The position numbers and the translations under genes are program-made. A stretch of DNA of 6,596 nt from a virus: IMG/VR virus record IMGVR_UViG_3300045988_014290. One strand, 5' to 3'. Every line of letters begins with the position of its first letter. The stretch's first letter is position 1. Positions 5,370-6,596 of the stretch are shown here, in pieces. The notes beneath the pieces were generated by a model. It worked only from the letters and a program-made list of their open reading frames with translations. It searched no databases and was not told the origin of the DNA.

Positions 5370-6161
5370 ATGACTACTGGTAAGGATGCTGCCCAGGTTC
5401 AGAGTGTTCCTGCTGTTGGAAATTTGGATTCTGCTCTTTCTCGTATTACTCGGACTGCTTCGGAAAACACCGCTAAAAGCGCTCAGATGGCTTCTGAGCA
5501 ACGCGACTGGCAGGAAAGGCAAAATGCCCTGGCTATGCAATTCAACGCTCAGGAGGCCGCTAAAAGCCGTTCTTGGCAGGAATACATGTCCAATACTGCG
5601 CATCAGCGTGAAATTCGCGACCTTAAGGCTGCTGGTCTTAATCCGGTACTTAGTGCTATGGGAGGTAACGGCGCTGCCGTTACCTCCGGTGCTACTGCTT
5701 CCGGCGTGACCTCTGCTGGAGCTAAAGGCGAGGTTGATACTTCTGCTAATGCTGCTTTGGTTCAGATTCTTGGCTCTGTCCTTTCGGCACAGACTCAGCT
5801 TCAGACTGCTAATGTTAATGCCAGGACTCAAGAGGCCGTCGCCGATAAGTACACCGCGATGGAGAAGCTCGTTGCTCAGATCGGTGCCGATGCTTCAAAG
5901 TATTCTGCAAATGCTCATTATGCTCTTGGTAAGTATCAGACTGATAAAGGTTTTGAGAATCAGGTGTTTCTTGAGCAGAACTATCCTTCGAACTATGTTC
6001 AAGCTGTTAATTCTATTCTCAAGGCTCTTGGTCTTGATGTTACTGGTGGTTCTACCTCCGGTGAAGGTTCTGTTTCTGCTGAACAGTATGCTAAGCTCAT
6101 GGAAAAGTATAATGCTGCTCTTCTTGGTTCAGGTCCAAAACGTTCTGGCCATCAGAGGTAA
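5370..6161 (+). CDS. Minor capsid / DNA pilot protein VP2 (H-like), 263 aa.
   Basis: Its position directly after VP1 fits VP2. It carries the conserved NTAHQREIRDLKAAGLNP segment typical of gokushovirus VP2, and Gly/Ala/Ser/Thr-rich low-complexity linkers. GAGAGGTGA precedes the ATG. Confidence 0.85.
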   Translation: MTTGKDAAQVQSVPAVGNLDSALSRITRTASENTAKSAQMASEQRDWQERQNALAMQFNAQEAAKSRSWQEYMSNTAHQREIRDLKAAGLNPVLSAMGGNGAAVTSGATASGVTSAGAKGEVDTSANAALVQILGSVLSAQTQLQTANVNARTQEAVADKYTAMEKLVAQIGADASKYSANAHYALGKYQTDKGFENQVFLEQNYPSNYVQAVNSILKALGLDVTGGSTSGEGSVSAEQYAKLMEKYNAALLGSGPKRSGHQR

Positions 6162-6163
6162 AG

Positions 6164-6205
6164 AAAATAGAAAGCGTCGAGGCTTTGCCTCGGCGTTTCT
6201 ATTTT
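6164..6205 (+). terminator. Rho-independent terminator after VP2.
   Basis: A ~19-20-bp stem (AAAATAGAAAGCGTCGAGGC-ttt-GCCTCGGCGTTTCTATTTT; GC core gcgtcgaggc/gcctcggcg with two G-U wobbles) is followed by and includes TTTCTATTTT. It starts 3 nt after the VP2 stop. Confidence 0.75.
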
Positions 6206-6243
6206 GTAACCAAGCGTGAGCGCGGTTAGCGAATAGATATGCA

Positions 6244-6263
6244 CCAGCGAGCGCCAGCGAGCG
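6244..6263. repeat. Tandem direct repeat, 2 x CCAGCGAGCG.
   Basis: Exact 10-mer duplicated at 6244-6253 and 6254-6263. Confidence 0.8.
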
Positions 6264-6267
6264 AACA

Positions 6268-6300
6268 CAGCCCCATTACCTTCTTGATGTAATGGGGCTG
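6268..6300. repeat. Hairpin CAGCCCCATTAC-cttcttgat-GTAATGGGGCTG (12-bp perfect stem).
   Basis: Read directly. No adjacent U-tract, so it is a structural or binding element rather than a classic terminator. Confidence 0.55.
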
Positions 6301-6338
6301 AGTGACACCACGATAAGCAAAATGCTCTCTTTAGGTTA

Positions 6339-6366
6339 TTGACAAGCTATGAATATATGATATATT
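6339..6366 (+). promoter_or_regulatory. Sigma70-like promoter: TTGACA (6339-6344), a 16-nt spacer, then TGaTATATT as an extended -10 (6358-6366). A 15-bp perfect palindrome AATATATGATATATT (6352-6366) overlaps the -10 and is a candidate operator.
   Basis: Consensus -35, a 5/6 -10 with TGn, and an AT-rich upstream region. It sits ~30 nt upstream of the SD and ATG of the small ORF. Confidence 0.55.
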
Positions 6367-6396
6367 AATGAATATAATAAACTGTAAGGTGATTAA

Positions 6397-6513
6397 ATGA
6401 AAAATGATAAAGATAAAATGCTTGATGATTTTTGTTTACAGATGCTTTTGCTTGTAGGAGCTGGTGTTGCTCTAATTTTTATTGTTTGTTCTTTCCTTCC
6501 TGATTTTCTGTGA
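6397..6513 (+). CDS. 38-aa single-pass membrane peptide (MKNDKDKMLDDFCLQMLLLVGAGVALIFIVCSFLPDFL). Candidate small lysis, toxin or membrane peptide.
   Basis: An AAGGTGA SD lies 4-5 nt before the ATG and a strong promoter lies upstream. The charged N-terminus is followed by a ~21-residue hydrophobic segment. The ORF sits in the lowest-GC part of the window and its stop abuts the right TIR. Confidence 0.45.
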   Translation: MKNDKDKMLDDFCLQMLLLVGAGVALIFIVCSFLPDFL

Positions 6514-6596
6514 TGGGGATACGATATCGCCTATTTGACCCGTTTTTGCAACATTTTCTCCGTTTTGCACAAAGGCAGGATTTTGACGGACGCCCT
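6513..6596. repeat. Right terminal inverted repeat (84 bp), partner of 1-84.
   Basis: RC of 6513-6596 matches 1-84 at 82/84 positions. The stop codon of the 38-aa ORF (6511-6513) overlaps its first base. Confidence 0.95.

Noticed and set aside
6339-6380. AT-rich palindromic stretch as a possible dif/XerCD integration site, as seen for integrated gokushoviruses.
   Set aside because: I found no convincing match to a dif-like 11-6-11 organisation (XerC arm, TGTATA-type spacer, XerD arm) here or at the window ends. The ends are inverted repeats rather than direct repeats.
1-6596. CRISPR arrays, tRNA or rRNA genes, and integrase or transposase genes.
   Set aside because: None are present. No spaced direct-repeat array, no cloverleaf, and no recombinase-like ORF appear in any frame. 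The only nuclease or recombinase-class protein is the HUH Rep.

Overview
Most of this window (about 1.7-6.2 kb) is a complete gokushovirus-like (Microviridae) gene set on the + strand. It runs Rep (VP4-like), a 37-aa basic DNA-binding protein, a VP5-position ORF, a VP3-like scaffold protein, the VP1 major capsid protein and the VP2 pilot protein. The genes are chained by overlapping stop/start codons, and the block is roughly 45% GC by eye. Upstream, on the opposite strand and in a visibly GC-rich (~65%) block, lies an Hsp20/alpha-crystallin small heat-shock gene. It has a CIRCE-like (HrcA-type) inverted repeat upstream and sits among REP-like GC hairpins. Downstream of VP2 come a strong terminator and a short AT-rich island. 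That island holds a near-consensus sigma70 promoter, with an extended -10 and an operator-like palindrome, driving a 38-aa single-TM peptide. The whole 6.6-kb unit is bounded by 84-bp terminal inverted repeats (82/84 identical). A 14-nt motif from the inner TIR boundary recurs 13/14 just upstream of the Rep start, beside a 4-copy GTCTACCC iteron array. This is neither a standard microvirus genome nor a standard dif-flanked microvirus prophage. It could be a TIR-bounded mobile microvirus derivative, a circular genome opened at a ~168-bp palindrome, or an amplification/assembly chimera; read-level evidence is needed to choose.
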